DNA of 36,201 nucleotides from Candidatus Poribacteria bacterium. GTDB taxonomy: Bacteria > Poribacteria > WGA-4E > WGA-3G. Positions 24,503 through 32,168 of this stretch are shown here, piece after piece (position 1 is the stretch's first letter; each line of letters begins with the position of its first letter). The translations under genes were made by a program, and so were the position numbers. The stretch spans positions 1-36,201 of the forward strand of contig RKRO01000548.1 of the NCBI GenBank assembly GCA_007571355.1. The letters run 5' to 3'. Under the pieces are notes generated by a model that saw only the letters and a list, made by a program, of their open reading frames with translations, was not told the DNA's origin and searched no databases.

Positions 24503-25633
24503 ATGCATCCTTTTTACTTTGTTAGCAACATCGGTGAACTCTATGTTCCCACCGAATATCGGGAGATCGTTTTCGCGCGCGGACGCGTCAAATTGTTCGC
24601 GCATCAGGAGTTAGAGCATCTCAATCGGATCTTTACACACATCCGACACGGCGGCGTTGCCGTTGTGGAAGGGAAATGGGAACAGATTACGGCTGTTATG
24701 GATTATATCCAACGTCACAAACGGGATTTAGTCCAGCAATCGCCTCGCCGTAACAGGTCACGGGGGCGCGACGCGTCGCGTGGAAATCTTGTCGGTAGTA
24801 TGCAAAAAGAAGCATTATCAAGGTTGATGTGTTGGGCAGATGCTGATGGAATTTTACAGGTCGAACCTGCACCCGTTCTCCCAGAGTTGCTGGCACTTGC
24901 TGGTGAACCGATGGGCGAGAATCAGGGGAAACCTTTTCTCCTCCCGCTCATCAAGATTCAACAGATACAAGACGCACTCGCTAAGACTTACCCTATTTAT
25001 GCCCTTGATGCCTCGCTTGTCGCTTCCGAAAATGTTCTCGCGCCGCGTTCGCAGGAGACGATTGCATGTTTTCAGGAGGCGTTGCAGTATGTCCGGAGGT
25101 CGTATGCGTTTGCAGTTGCGGACATCGGGTGCGGGTGCGGGTGTTTAACCCTCTTAGCGCGCCAGGAACTTGGCGATCATGCTGAGGTGTATGCATCTGA
25201 CGTGCTGCCCGAAGCGGTTGCGACGACGAAACTGAACATCCAACGTCTCCTTCCAAATTCAGACGGTCTAACGGTGATGCCTGCCGGTGATCTGTTCGAT
25301 CCGTTTTCAGGACATCAATTTGATGTAGTTATCTTCAATGCACCGTGGGTTGTTGCCCGTGTTCGCAACCGTGCTGAGCTTGCTATCCATGACGAGAAAC
25401 AGGAGACGGTGAGACGGTTTTTCGCACAGGTTTCGGATTTCCTGAAGCCGGGTGGTGCTGTTTTGTTGGGATATGCGGATGCTTCGGGGCCTAAGGCGAT
25501 TGCGAATCTGGAAGCGATCATTGCAGAAGCCGGTTTTGCGGTGGATGCCTCGTTTAATAGACGGATTGCAACGCATCGGTCGAAACGGAAATGGGAGCAG
25601 ATTCGGGTGTATGTGTTACGTACAAATGTCTGA
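24503..25633 (+). CDS. SAM-dependent methyltransferase of the HemK/PrmC-like (D/N-P-P-Y class) type with variant NAPW motif and an unassigned ~190-aa N-terminal region
   Basis: VADIGCGCGCLTLLA (motif I, nt 25115-25147), VYASDVLPEAV, and DVVIFNAPWV (motif IV position, NAPW at nt 25337-25348). The N-terminal half has no motif I recognise and includes an SPRRNRSRGRDASRG linker. There is no clear SD. Confidence 0.65.
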   Translation: MHPFYFVSNIGELYVPTEYREIVFARGRVKLFAHQELEHLNRIFTHIRHGGVAVVEGKWEQITAVMDYIQRHKRDLVQQSPRRNRSRGRDASRGNLVGSMQKEALSRLMCWADADGILQVEPAPVLPELLALAGEPMGENQGKPFLLPLIKIQQIQDALAKTYPIYALDASLVASENVLAPRSQETIACFQEALQYVRRSYAFAVADIGCGCGCLTLLARQELGDHAEVYASDVLPEAVATTKLNIQRLLPNSDGLTVMPAGDLFDPFSGHQFDVVIFNAPWVVARVRNRAELAIHDEKQETVRRFFAQVSDFLKPGGAVLLGYADASGPKAIANLEAIIAEAGFAVDASFNRRIATHRSKRKWEQIRVYVLRTNV

Positions 25634-25694
25634 TGTGTCTTGATTTTTAGTTGACGAGTCATCTGAAAGATGGTACGCTAAGCAAAATATCTAC

Positions 25695-27314
25695 GTGGAG
25701 GTTGTAGAATTGAGTAAGGTACAATATCCTAACCGAGATGCACTTAATAGAGCCCTTGATTATTACTTAGATGCTATGTCCCAGTTCGTCGGTGAATGTT
25801 TAGATGAGCAATCAATTAGAGAATTCTTGAAATTGCAATCAAGTGATGACCTCATAGAAAATATAGAATTTACAGATATTGCAAGTCTCATTAAGAGTCA
25901 TCTTTATTGGTCACAGTCTTTTAATGCGAATTTTAAGATTGTTGATCGTGATGATATCCGTTACTATGATGCTCGGAGTGTAACAAGTTTGATAATAGAG
26001 GGAAGAAATCGAACATCACATCCACCATGGGATTTGGATCCTGAATTCACCCGGACTCAACTGTTCCTTATTGCTGATATACTGAGACAGATTAAGAGAC
26101 CAAATGCCCAACGCGAGGTTGAGGATATCCGAAAAAAACTCTTTGACGATGTTACGGAGCAGCTTGTAGCAAAACAGGTTAAATCTAAAAAGACTGAGTA
26201 TGAGAAGTCTCTTGCAGAAGTGAAGAAACGCTTAGCAGCCGAAGAAGCAAACAACAAGGAACTGTCGAAGCGGCTAAATGACAAGGAGGCTAAGCTAGGC
26301 GAAAAGACGGAAGAACTTGAAGAACTGGCAGGGAAATTTGTAAATATGAGGACAAGTAAACAAAAAGTCGAAAAGCAGCTTGACGCAGAGTCGAAAAAAC
26401 TTGAGGATGAAGAAACGAAACGGCAGGCGTGTGAGGGTAATCTCACTACTATGCAAAACCTATTAACGGTATCGACAATCGGGACGGTATATCCACCTAT
26501 TGAAACTGATTCTACGGTCCGAATACTTGACCGACGCGGCGTGCCCAAGCAAAATTACCTTTTAGAGTTGTTGGAACAAAAGCAACCCACTATTATCTAT
26601 GTTCAAAGTGAAGATAAAATTGATCAGTTATTGGAAAGCGTTGTTCAAGAGAAAGCGGACCTTATTGAAAGGCATGGTGAACAGACCTCTGAGTCAGAAG
26701 AAATGGAGATTTTAGAAAAACTTGAGAACGCAGAAAAGATCGCTGTTGTTTCAGATACGACACTTTCCGCATTAGCATCATCGCACTGTATTGAGCACTT
26801 TGTGTTCTGCCACCTTGTTCCGAGTTTAGATAAATTTTTCAAGCAATGTGAACCTGCTTTTACATCGGAAAAACAGGCTTATCTACATCTCATCTATAAT
26901 GACACAGCTGATGTTAAGTTTTTGGATGAGTGGTTAACTCAAAAATATCCCAGTGAAAAAACGTTAAGAAAGTTGTACGAAGAATTGAGTAGGTTGGCCA
27001 AAACAGGCGACGGTTTTATTGAACCTGAAAATGTTTACAACGAAAATATCTATAACAAATTCGGTATGGCAAAGTTGGGAGTTGAAACCGGACTTGCTAT
27101 TTTTGAGGAATTGCAATTTCTTGATCGAAATGAGAGAGGCGTGAAAGTTTTACCGGATCCAGAGAAGAGAGATTTAGGCGAATCGAAAATTCATTGTAGT
27201 GGCGAGGCACTAAGACAGGGAATAGCAGATGCTCAGGCACTTCAACTTAAACAGCCGATTGAACAAATCTGGGAAGAGATAAAGGAATTATTTCCGCCGG
27301 TGTCTATCGTCTAA
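25695..27314 (+). CDS. Swt1-like HEPN domain + coiled coil + degenerate RecQ-type helicase C-terminal lobe protein (candidate RNase effector)
   Basis: The ORF starts at GTG 25695, or at TTG 25710, which has GGAGG 8 nt upstream. The HEPN Rx4H motif EGRNRTSHPPW lies at nt 26001-26030. Residues ~150-250 are a K/E-rich heptad region. Residues ~298-405 are colinear with the RecQ RecA2 lobe, but the motif V/VI catalytic residues are substituted. G+C is markedly lower than in the flanks. Confidence 0.6.
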   Translation: MEVVELSKVQYPNRDALNRALDYYLDAMSQFVGECLDEQSIREFLKLQSSDDLIENIEFTDIASLIKSHLYWSQSFNANFKIVDRDDIRYYDARSVTSLIIEGRNRTSHPPWDLDPEFTRTQLFLIADILRQIKRPNAQREVEDIRKKLFDDVTEQLVAKQVKSKKTEYEKSLAEVKKRLAAEEANNKELSKRLNDKEAKLGEKTEELEELAGKFVNMRTSKQKVEKQLDAESKKLEDEETKRQACEGNLTTMQNLLTVSTIGTVYPPIETDSTVRILDRRGVPKQNYLLELLEQKQPTIIYVQSEDKIDQLLESVVQEKADLIERHGEQTSESEEMEILEKLENAEKIAVVSDTTLSALASSHCIEHFVFCHLVPSLDKFFKQCEPAFTSEKQAYLHLIYNDTADVKFLDEWLTQKYPSEKTLRKLYEELSRLAKTGDGFIEPENVYNENIYNKFGMAKLGVETGLAIFEELQFLDRNERGVKVLPDPEKRDLGESKIHCSGEALRQGIADAQALQLKQPIEQIWEEIKELFPPVSIV

Positions 27315-28888
27315 TCACGGACAATAGACACAGGCGTTCCATCTTGTAATCGGTGTTGATCAGCCACAATCACCGATGTACCTCTGGCGAGTTGGGAGGT
27401 GACCTCAATTTCACCGCTGTGAACGCCGCCAACATTTACCCGTTTTGTGCGTGCCACGTTTCCTTCAACAACGAAAATAGTACCACTGCCGTTTTGGATA
27501 TTCAAGACCGAGCGCAACGGCAGCAGTTGGACATTCTTCCGCTCCCCGGTTTTGATAGAAACCGTAATAGCGGTTCCAGGTTTAAGGCTGTTTTGGGAAT
27601 TCGGGACTGTCGCGCGGACAAGCACGGTGTTATTATCACGGTTAACGGTCGGACTGATAAAAGAGACCGTGCCGACAATATTCCGAATGCCGGAATTCGC
27701 AGAAATCAAGACGAGGTCGCCGTTATTAATACGGGACGCGTCTCCGGCAGGTATATTCCATTCCGCCTTGAGGACATCGACTGCGACGACTGTAAACACC
27801 GGTTTTGCTGAAGGTATTGAAACGAGTTGCGCATAATCCCCAACGTTCAAATGTTGCGTTGCAATAACACCGTCAATCGGTGATTTAATCGTTGCGTCAT
27901 CTAACTGTTCTTGCGCCAGTTTCAGTTGTTCTGTGGCTTGCTTCACTGCGGCTTTTGCGATTTCAATTTCTCGTTCCCAGGACTTTGCTTCTACGAGTTT
28001 TTGAGCTGTGTGGAGGTTCGCTTGCGCCTGATTAACATCCGATTCCGCCGACGCAATTTCTCGTTCCCACCCTCGGCTCTCAACAATCTTCTGAGCGACA
28101 GCCAATTCCGCTTTCGCCTTTTCCACCGACGGGTGTGTCGCACCCTCTTTAAACTGTTCTGCCGTGACGACAGCCTCTTGATAACGCGTTTGTGAGACTT
28201 TAAAACTTCGTTCTGCTGTCTCGAGGTTGCTATCGCTGACGTGTTGTTTCTCGTGAAGTGACTTCGTCCGCTCGTAATCCAACTTGTTTTTATCGAGTTC
28301 TGTTTTTGCGCGTTCTAATGACTGTTGCGCGTTTGTTTTTGAACGTTCTATGGATGCGATGGCTGCTTGATATGTTGTTTCTGCTTGTGTCAGTTGGTTG
28401 CGAATCCGCATTTCAGCGAGAGATTTTGTTTCTACAAGTTTCGCCTGCGCTGCCATCAACGTTTCCTGAGCGTTCGCCAGTTGGGATTCGACACGTGCTT
28501 GCGCGCTCGCTTCCGTTGTTGTGAGTTGGGATTGTGCGCTGCTTAATGCGGATTCAGCACGTATGACAGCAAGCGCAGCCTCTCTTGGGTTGCTCTGGGC
28601 GAGCACGGCATCTTTCGCTACACTTTGGCCCACCTTCGCATCGAACGAAACAATTTTACCGGAAACATTGGCAAAGATCTTTACTTCGGCATTGGGTTGC
28701 AGATGCCCGGTGTACTCCTTAGTTGAGACAAAGGTCCCGCGTCTGGCTGTTGTAGTGGACACAGTTACGGGGGTGTTTTGTGCCACCAAGCTGCTAACAC
28801 TGAGGCAGCAAATGACAAAAACCCATAGCAGCTGCGCTTTTAGATGGGTCGCGATCGACGGTTTCAAAATATAGTTATTATTGATCAT
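27311..28888 (-). CDS. Periplasmic adaptor (membrane fusion protein, HlyD/RND-MFP family) with an unusually long alpha-helical hairpin
   Basis: N-terminal anchor helix. Lipoyl-like halves VKIFANVSGKIVSFDAKVGQSV and ATIKSPIDGVIATQHLNVGDY are separated by about 230 helical residues. A beta-barrel and a membrane-proximal domain follow (VQLLPLRSV...GTPVSI). Confidence 0.85.
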   Translation of the reverse strand: MINNNYILKPSIATHLKAQLLWVFVICCLSVSSLVAQNTPVTVSTTTARRGTFVSTKEYTGHLQPNAEVKIFANVSGKIVSFDAKVGQSVAKDAVLAQSNPREAALAVIRAESALSSAQSQLTTTEASAQARVESQLANAQETLMAAQAKLVETKSLAEMRIRNQLTQAETTYQAAIASIERSKTNAQQSLERAKTELDKNKLDYERTKSLHEKQHVSDSNLETAERSFKVSQTRYQEAVVTAEQFKEGATHPSVEKAKAELAVAQKIVESRGWEREIASAESDVNQAQANLHTAQKLVEAKSWEREIEIAKAAVKQATEQLKLAQEQLDDATIKSPIDGVIATQHLNVGDYAQLVSIPSAKPVFTVVAVDVLKAEWNIPAGDASRINNGDLVLISANSGIRNIVGTVSFISPTVNRDNNTVLVRATVPNSQNSLKPGTAITVSIKTGERKNVQLLPLRSVLNIQNGSGTIFVVEGNVARTKRVNVGGVHSGEIEVTSQLARGTSVIVADQHRLQDGTPVSIVRD

Positions 28889-29420
28889 TTTTCAGTTTAT
28901 CCTTAAAATCTTTTGTAAATTTTTGCATCTTCGGATGAATCACGAATTGACAATACGGCTGCCTTGAATTCAAGCGAAAGTAGTTTTGGTGATAATCTTC
29001 GGCTGGATAGAAGGTGTTAATGGGTGTAATCTCTGTAACAATTGGGGCATCCCACATATCGGAATTATCCGTGTCTACTTTTGATTGTTCGGCGATGTGC
29101 TGTTGTTCTTCTGTGTGGTAGAAGATCGCAGAACGATACTGGGTACCGACATCATTTCCCTGCCGATTTAGCGTCGTTGCGTCGTGCGTGTGCCAAAAAA
29201 CTTCCAACAGTTCCTCGTAAGAGATAACCGTCGGATCAAATTGGATCTGGACCACCTCAGCGTGGCCAGTTCTTCCCATGCATACTGCTTGATAGGTCGG
29301 GTTGACGGTGGTGCCGCCGGTGTATCCTGAGACAACCTCGTGAACGCCTTCCAATTGCTGAAAGACTGCCTCGACACACCAAAAACAGCCTGCTCCGAAC
29401 GTCGCTGTTTCTAATTGCAT
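28878..29420 (-). CDS. msrA: Peptide-methionine (S)-S-oxide reductase
   Basis: ATFGAGCFWCVEAVF (GCFWC active site), GYTGG, HAEVVQIQFDP and YHQNYF. Confidence 0.92.
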   Translation of the reverse strand: MQLETATFGAGCFWCVEAVFQQLEGVHEVVSGYTGGTTVNPTYQAVCMGRTGHAEVVQIQFDPTVISYEELLEVFWHTHDATTLNRQGNDVGTQYRSAIFYHTEEQQHIAEQSKVDTDNSDMWDAPIVTEITPINTFYPAEDYHQNYFRLNSRQPYCQFVIHPKMQKFTKDFKDKLKNDQ

Positions 29421-29499
29421 CTTTTTGTGAACGGTTATCGCACAGTGGCGAACCCATCTTCTCCTTTAAAAAATTGTGTAAGCAAGTTTCAATATGAAA

Positions 29500-29563
29500 T
29501 GGACGTTTTTGATCTTCAAATGGATTGGAAGATTGGAAGTGTTTTTGCTTGGGTGTTTCCGTA
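29500..29563 (+). repeat. Dispersed intergenic repeat, copy B
   Basis: See copy A (19810-19883). Both copies are on the + strand and begin about 160-175 nt upstream of a + strand gene start. Confidence 0.65.
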
Positions 29564-29661
29564 GTGAAGAGTCCCATCCCTCCACGCTTCTAACCTTCCA
29601 TCCTTCCGTGAAAGTTAAAATTTGTTTCCTAATATTGCTTAACTGTGCTATACTGAGTTCT

Positions 29662-30333
29662 ATGAAACGTCTTTTCTTAATCCTAATTTTTCTTTGTTTA
29701 ATGGCATGTCAATCCCAGGAGGAACATGCGAAGGTGCTTGTTATGCAACTCGGTGAGCCGATTGCCTCCCATCGAGTTAAGGCATATAGAGCCTTAATCG
29801 CGATGGGTCCCGAAGCGATGGATGCTCTGATTGTAGGACTCTCCGATGACAATCCACGGGTTCGTGAGATGTCTGCGTGGGCCCTCAGTGAAATCAAGGT
29901 GCCTGCTGCCCATGTTGTGCCTGTCCTTATTACGGTTCTCACCGATCCGGACGAAAATATCCGTGTTGCCGGTTCTGTTATGCTACAGCGTCTGGGTGAG
30001 CCTGCTGTACCGTATCTCATCGATGCCTTAAACGCTGAATCGCCGGAGATTCGGTTGAATGCGGCTTATGCGTTAGGCGAAATTGGTGCACCCCATGATA
30101 CAATTCTGCCTGCGCTTATTCAGACGCTCACAGACCGAGAATGGAATGTCCGTCGTCTTGTTGTGCGTGCCTTGGTTACGATAGGTCCGCCTGCGGTTAA
30201 TGCGTTAATTCAATCACTCAATTCGGCGGATCCTGATCTTCGCCGGATGGCGGAGCGCGCTTTGAATGATATTGGGACTCCGAAAGCACGCCAAGCCATC
30301 GCCGATGCCAAACGAAGATTTTCCGATCAATGA
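29662..30333 (+). CDS. HEAT-repeat (PBS-lyase-type) lipoprotein
   Basis: MKRLFLILIFLCLMAC is a lipoprotein signal with an L-M-A-C lipobox. Repeated units follow: DDNPRVREMSAWALSEI, DPDENIRVAGSVML, SPEIRLNAAYALGEIG, REWNVRRLVVRAL, DPDLRRMAERAL. The ORF-track start at 29494 lies inside the repeat element. Confidence 0.8.
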   Translation: MKRLFLILIFLCLMACQSQEEHAKVLVMQLGEPIASHRVKAYRALIAMGPEAMDALIVGLSDDNPRVREMSAWALSEIKVPAAHVVPVLITVLTDPDENIRVAGSVMLQRLGEPAVPYLIDALNAESPEIRLNAAYALGEIGAPHDTILPALIQTLTDREWNVRRLVVRALVTIGPPAVNALIQSLNSADPDLRRMAERALNDIGTPKARQAIADAKRRFSDQ

Positions 30334-30335
30334 TG

Positions 30336-31322
30336 CTATTGAGATGCAGCTGCTTGTCCCTCAATACGGAGACAGTCATCCCAATAAGCGACAGCATAAG
30401 TTTTCACAGATTCTGGTTGCTGTGCCTGTTCGAGATATTCTGTGATCCAGCTAAGTAACTGTTGCCGCAACGATTCTCGGATCTCGCCCTCCGTATAAGC
30501 CAACTGATGAAAATCCTGCCTTGCTTCTTCATCTATCTCGAAATCGACTTGGCGATAGAGCACGAGGTTAACTATCAGACTGAGTGTCAATCGTTCAATC
30601 GGATTCGGAAAAATACTGAGCGGTGGATCCAACACGAATGGATTTTCGAGCGGTAGCGCCTTGACGTAATCGCATCTATATTCTATGCACGCCAATTGTC
30701 GGTCCATCATCTCGACTTCGTTGAGGTGAAGGAGCGGGCGCGGGGTATCGATATCTCTGATTGTCACCTGCAGTGTCTGTATAGTGATCCGATATATCAG
30801 CAACGCCTTTAGAAATTCGAGTTCCGCTTGCGTGTAGATTTGAATACCTTCAGTTTCTATATCTGTGTAACCTGCACCGAGCAGGCTCTCCCCGTCTCTG
30901 TTGTGTGGTCGGATCACAGCGTGTTCTAAAAGATGGCGTGCTCTATCGCGCAGTTTTTCCATTAACGTGTTGCCGATCTGGAAAAACTTAACGACCCTTG
31001 TTTTACGAAGGAGTTGAACGGCTTTATCCAGATCGCCTTTGCTACCGTATTCCAATCCGAGACTGGTAAGTGTAAAAGCGGTCTGGATATGCGTTCGCAG
31101 TGCTGATTCGTCGGAGAGATCAGCGGTTTTCATTGTGATAAGTTTATGCGCGATGGTGGCAATACTCTCGTAGAGTGTATCCGCTTGCTCGTGCTGGATG
31201 CGACTCAAGGTATCACCATGTGCCAATGCTTGTGCCAGGAACAGTCGTCTGTCGAGAGTTGCCTCGGCGACAAGAGAAAATTTATTCGTCGTCATATTCG
31301 TCATCATCTTCTCCGTCCTCAT
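30336..31322 (-). CDS. Hypothetical protein (about 320 aa, helical, no recognised motif)
   Basis: Long ORF translationally overlapped with the upstream gene. Candidate starts are M1 (31322), M6/M7 (31307/31304, GGAG upstream) and M10 (31295). It converges on the HEAT gene with only 2 nt between the stops. Confidence 0.6.
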   Translation of the reverse strand: MRTEKMMTNMTTNKFSLVAEATLDRRLFLAQALAHGDTLSRIQHEQADTLYESIATIAHKLITMKTADLSDESALRTHIQTAFTLTSLGLEYGSKGDLDKAVQLLRKTRVVKFFQIGNTLMEKLRDRARHLLEHAVIRPHNRDGESLLGAGYTDIETEGIQIYTQAELEFLKALLIYRITIQTLQVTIRDIDTPRPLLHLNEVEMMDRQLACIEYRCDYVKALPLENPFVLDPPLSIFPNPIERLTLSLIVNLVLYRQVDFEIDEEARQDFHQLAYTEGEIRESLRQQLLSWITEYLEQAQQPESVKTYAVAYWDDCLRIEGQAAASQ

Positions 31323-32094
31323 CGAAGTTAAGCGCGTCTAAGTCAATTTTTTCCATGAGATCGGATTCAGTGATATCAATGCCTGCTTCCCTATCGCGTT
31401 CGGCGATGCGTTGGGCTCTATCAGCCTCTGCGGCATCGAAAATGGCGGCGAGTTCTGCCTCAACATCGCCTTCGGTGTCAATTGCGAAGAGTTCGCTAAG
31501 GAGCATGTTGAAAACTTCGTAATCGGCTTCCCAGATAGCATTGGAGATCGCTCGGGCGCGTTCATCAACGTAATGAATTACCGGTGAGGCTGGATCTAAG
31601 AAACTGCGTTCAAGGAGCAGCGCAGCGTGTTCATCTTGAAGTTTTATGCGTCCATGGAGGAGTGCTGCGAGTAGACGGATGTCTAATTCTCTGAGGAACC
31701 GTCCGAGTTCGTCTCGATCACACTCAGAAAGTTCAAAGAGCCAGAGGTCCAATGATTTTTCGTCAAGTTTACCCTCGCGCCAGACAGCGATGTCGAGCAG
31801 CTCTTCAAATTGGTCGTTTGAAAGGCATGGCAGTAGTGCTGAGGCGAGTCCGGTGCCGAGCATTGTGTCCAAAACTTGGAGTACATCCTCAGTTGAACTT
31901 TCCTGAACGAGTTCTGTACAATCTGGGACGAGGTAATAGAGTTGCTCACGTGCTTTCGGGTTACGGGTTGCGCTGAGGATCTCTAATTGCAGTTGCTTCC
32001 CATAACTTTGAAAGAGTTGTTCTGCTTCCCGCGTCGGTAGCGATAACAACTTCTCGCCTTCGGAGCGTGGAACTATTGTTTTTGGGCTGTTCAT
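31282..32094 (-). CDS. Hypothetical protein with poly-acidic C-terminal tail
   Basis: The ATG at 32094 has GAGGA 7 nt upstream; the maximal ORF start at 32172 would overlap the upstream gene. The body is helical-repeat-like and the protein ends in LNFDEDGEDDDEYDDE. Confidence 0.6.
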   Translation of the reverse strand: MNSPKTIVPRSEGEKLLSLPTREAEQLFQSYGKQLQLEILSATRNPKAREQLYYLVPDCTELVQESSTEDVLQVLDTMLGTGLASALLPCLSNDQFEELLDIAVWREGKLDEKSLDLWLFELSECDRDELGRFLRELDIRLLAALLHGRIKLQDEHAALLLERSFLDPASPVIHYVDERARAISNAIWEADYEVFNMLLSELFAIDTEGDVEAELAAIFDAAEADRAQRIAERDREAGIDITESDLMEKIDLDALNFDEDGEDDDEYDDE

Positions 32095-32168
32095 GCGAAT
32101 TCCTCTATGGGGTTTCCGATATTGAAACGTGCGAATCTCCGATGACAGATGGCATTTATGCCATCGCC

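Noticed and set aside
26057-26548. 163-aa Ser/Phe-rich ORF antisense to the coiled-coil segment of the HEPN gene
   Set aside because: It is the mirror image of the K/E-rich (AAG/GAA) coiled-coil codons. That gives TTC/CTT/TCT-type low-complexity sequence, which is an expected artefact.
29494-29661. N-terminal extension of the HEAT-repeat ORF (MKWTFLIFKW...), and the idea that the dispersed repeat encodes a small peptide
   Set aside because: The extension lies on the intergenic repeat. In copy A (19786-19872) the similar peptide WTFLIFRW... loses frame relative to copy B across the indel and hits a stop. The conservation is therefore at the nucleotide level, not the protein level. The lipoprotein signal peptide starts at the ATG at 29662.
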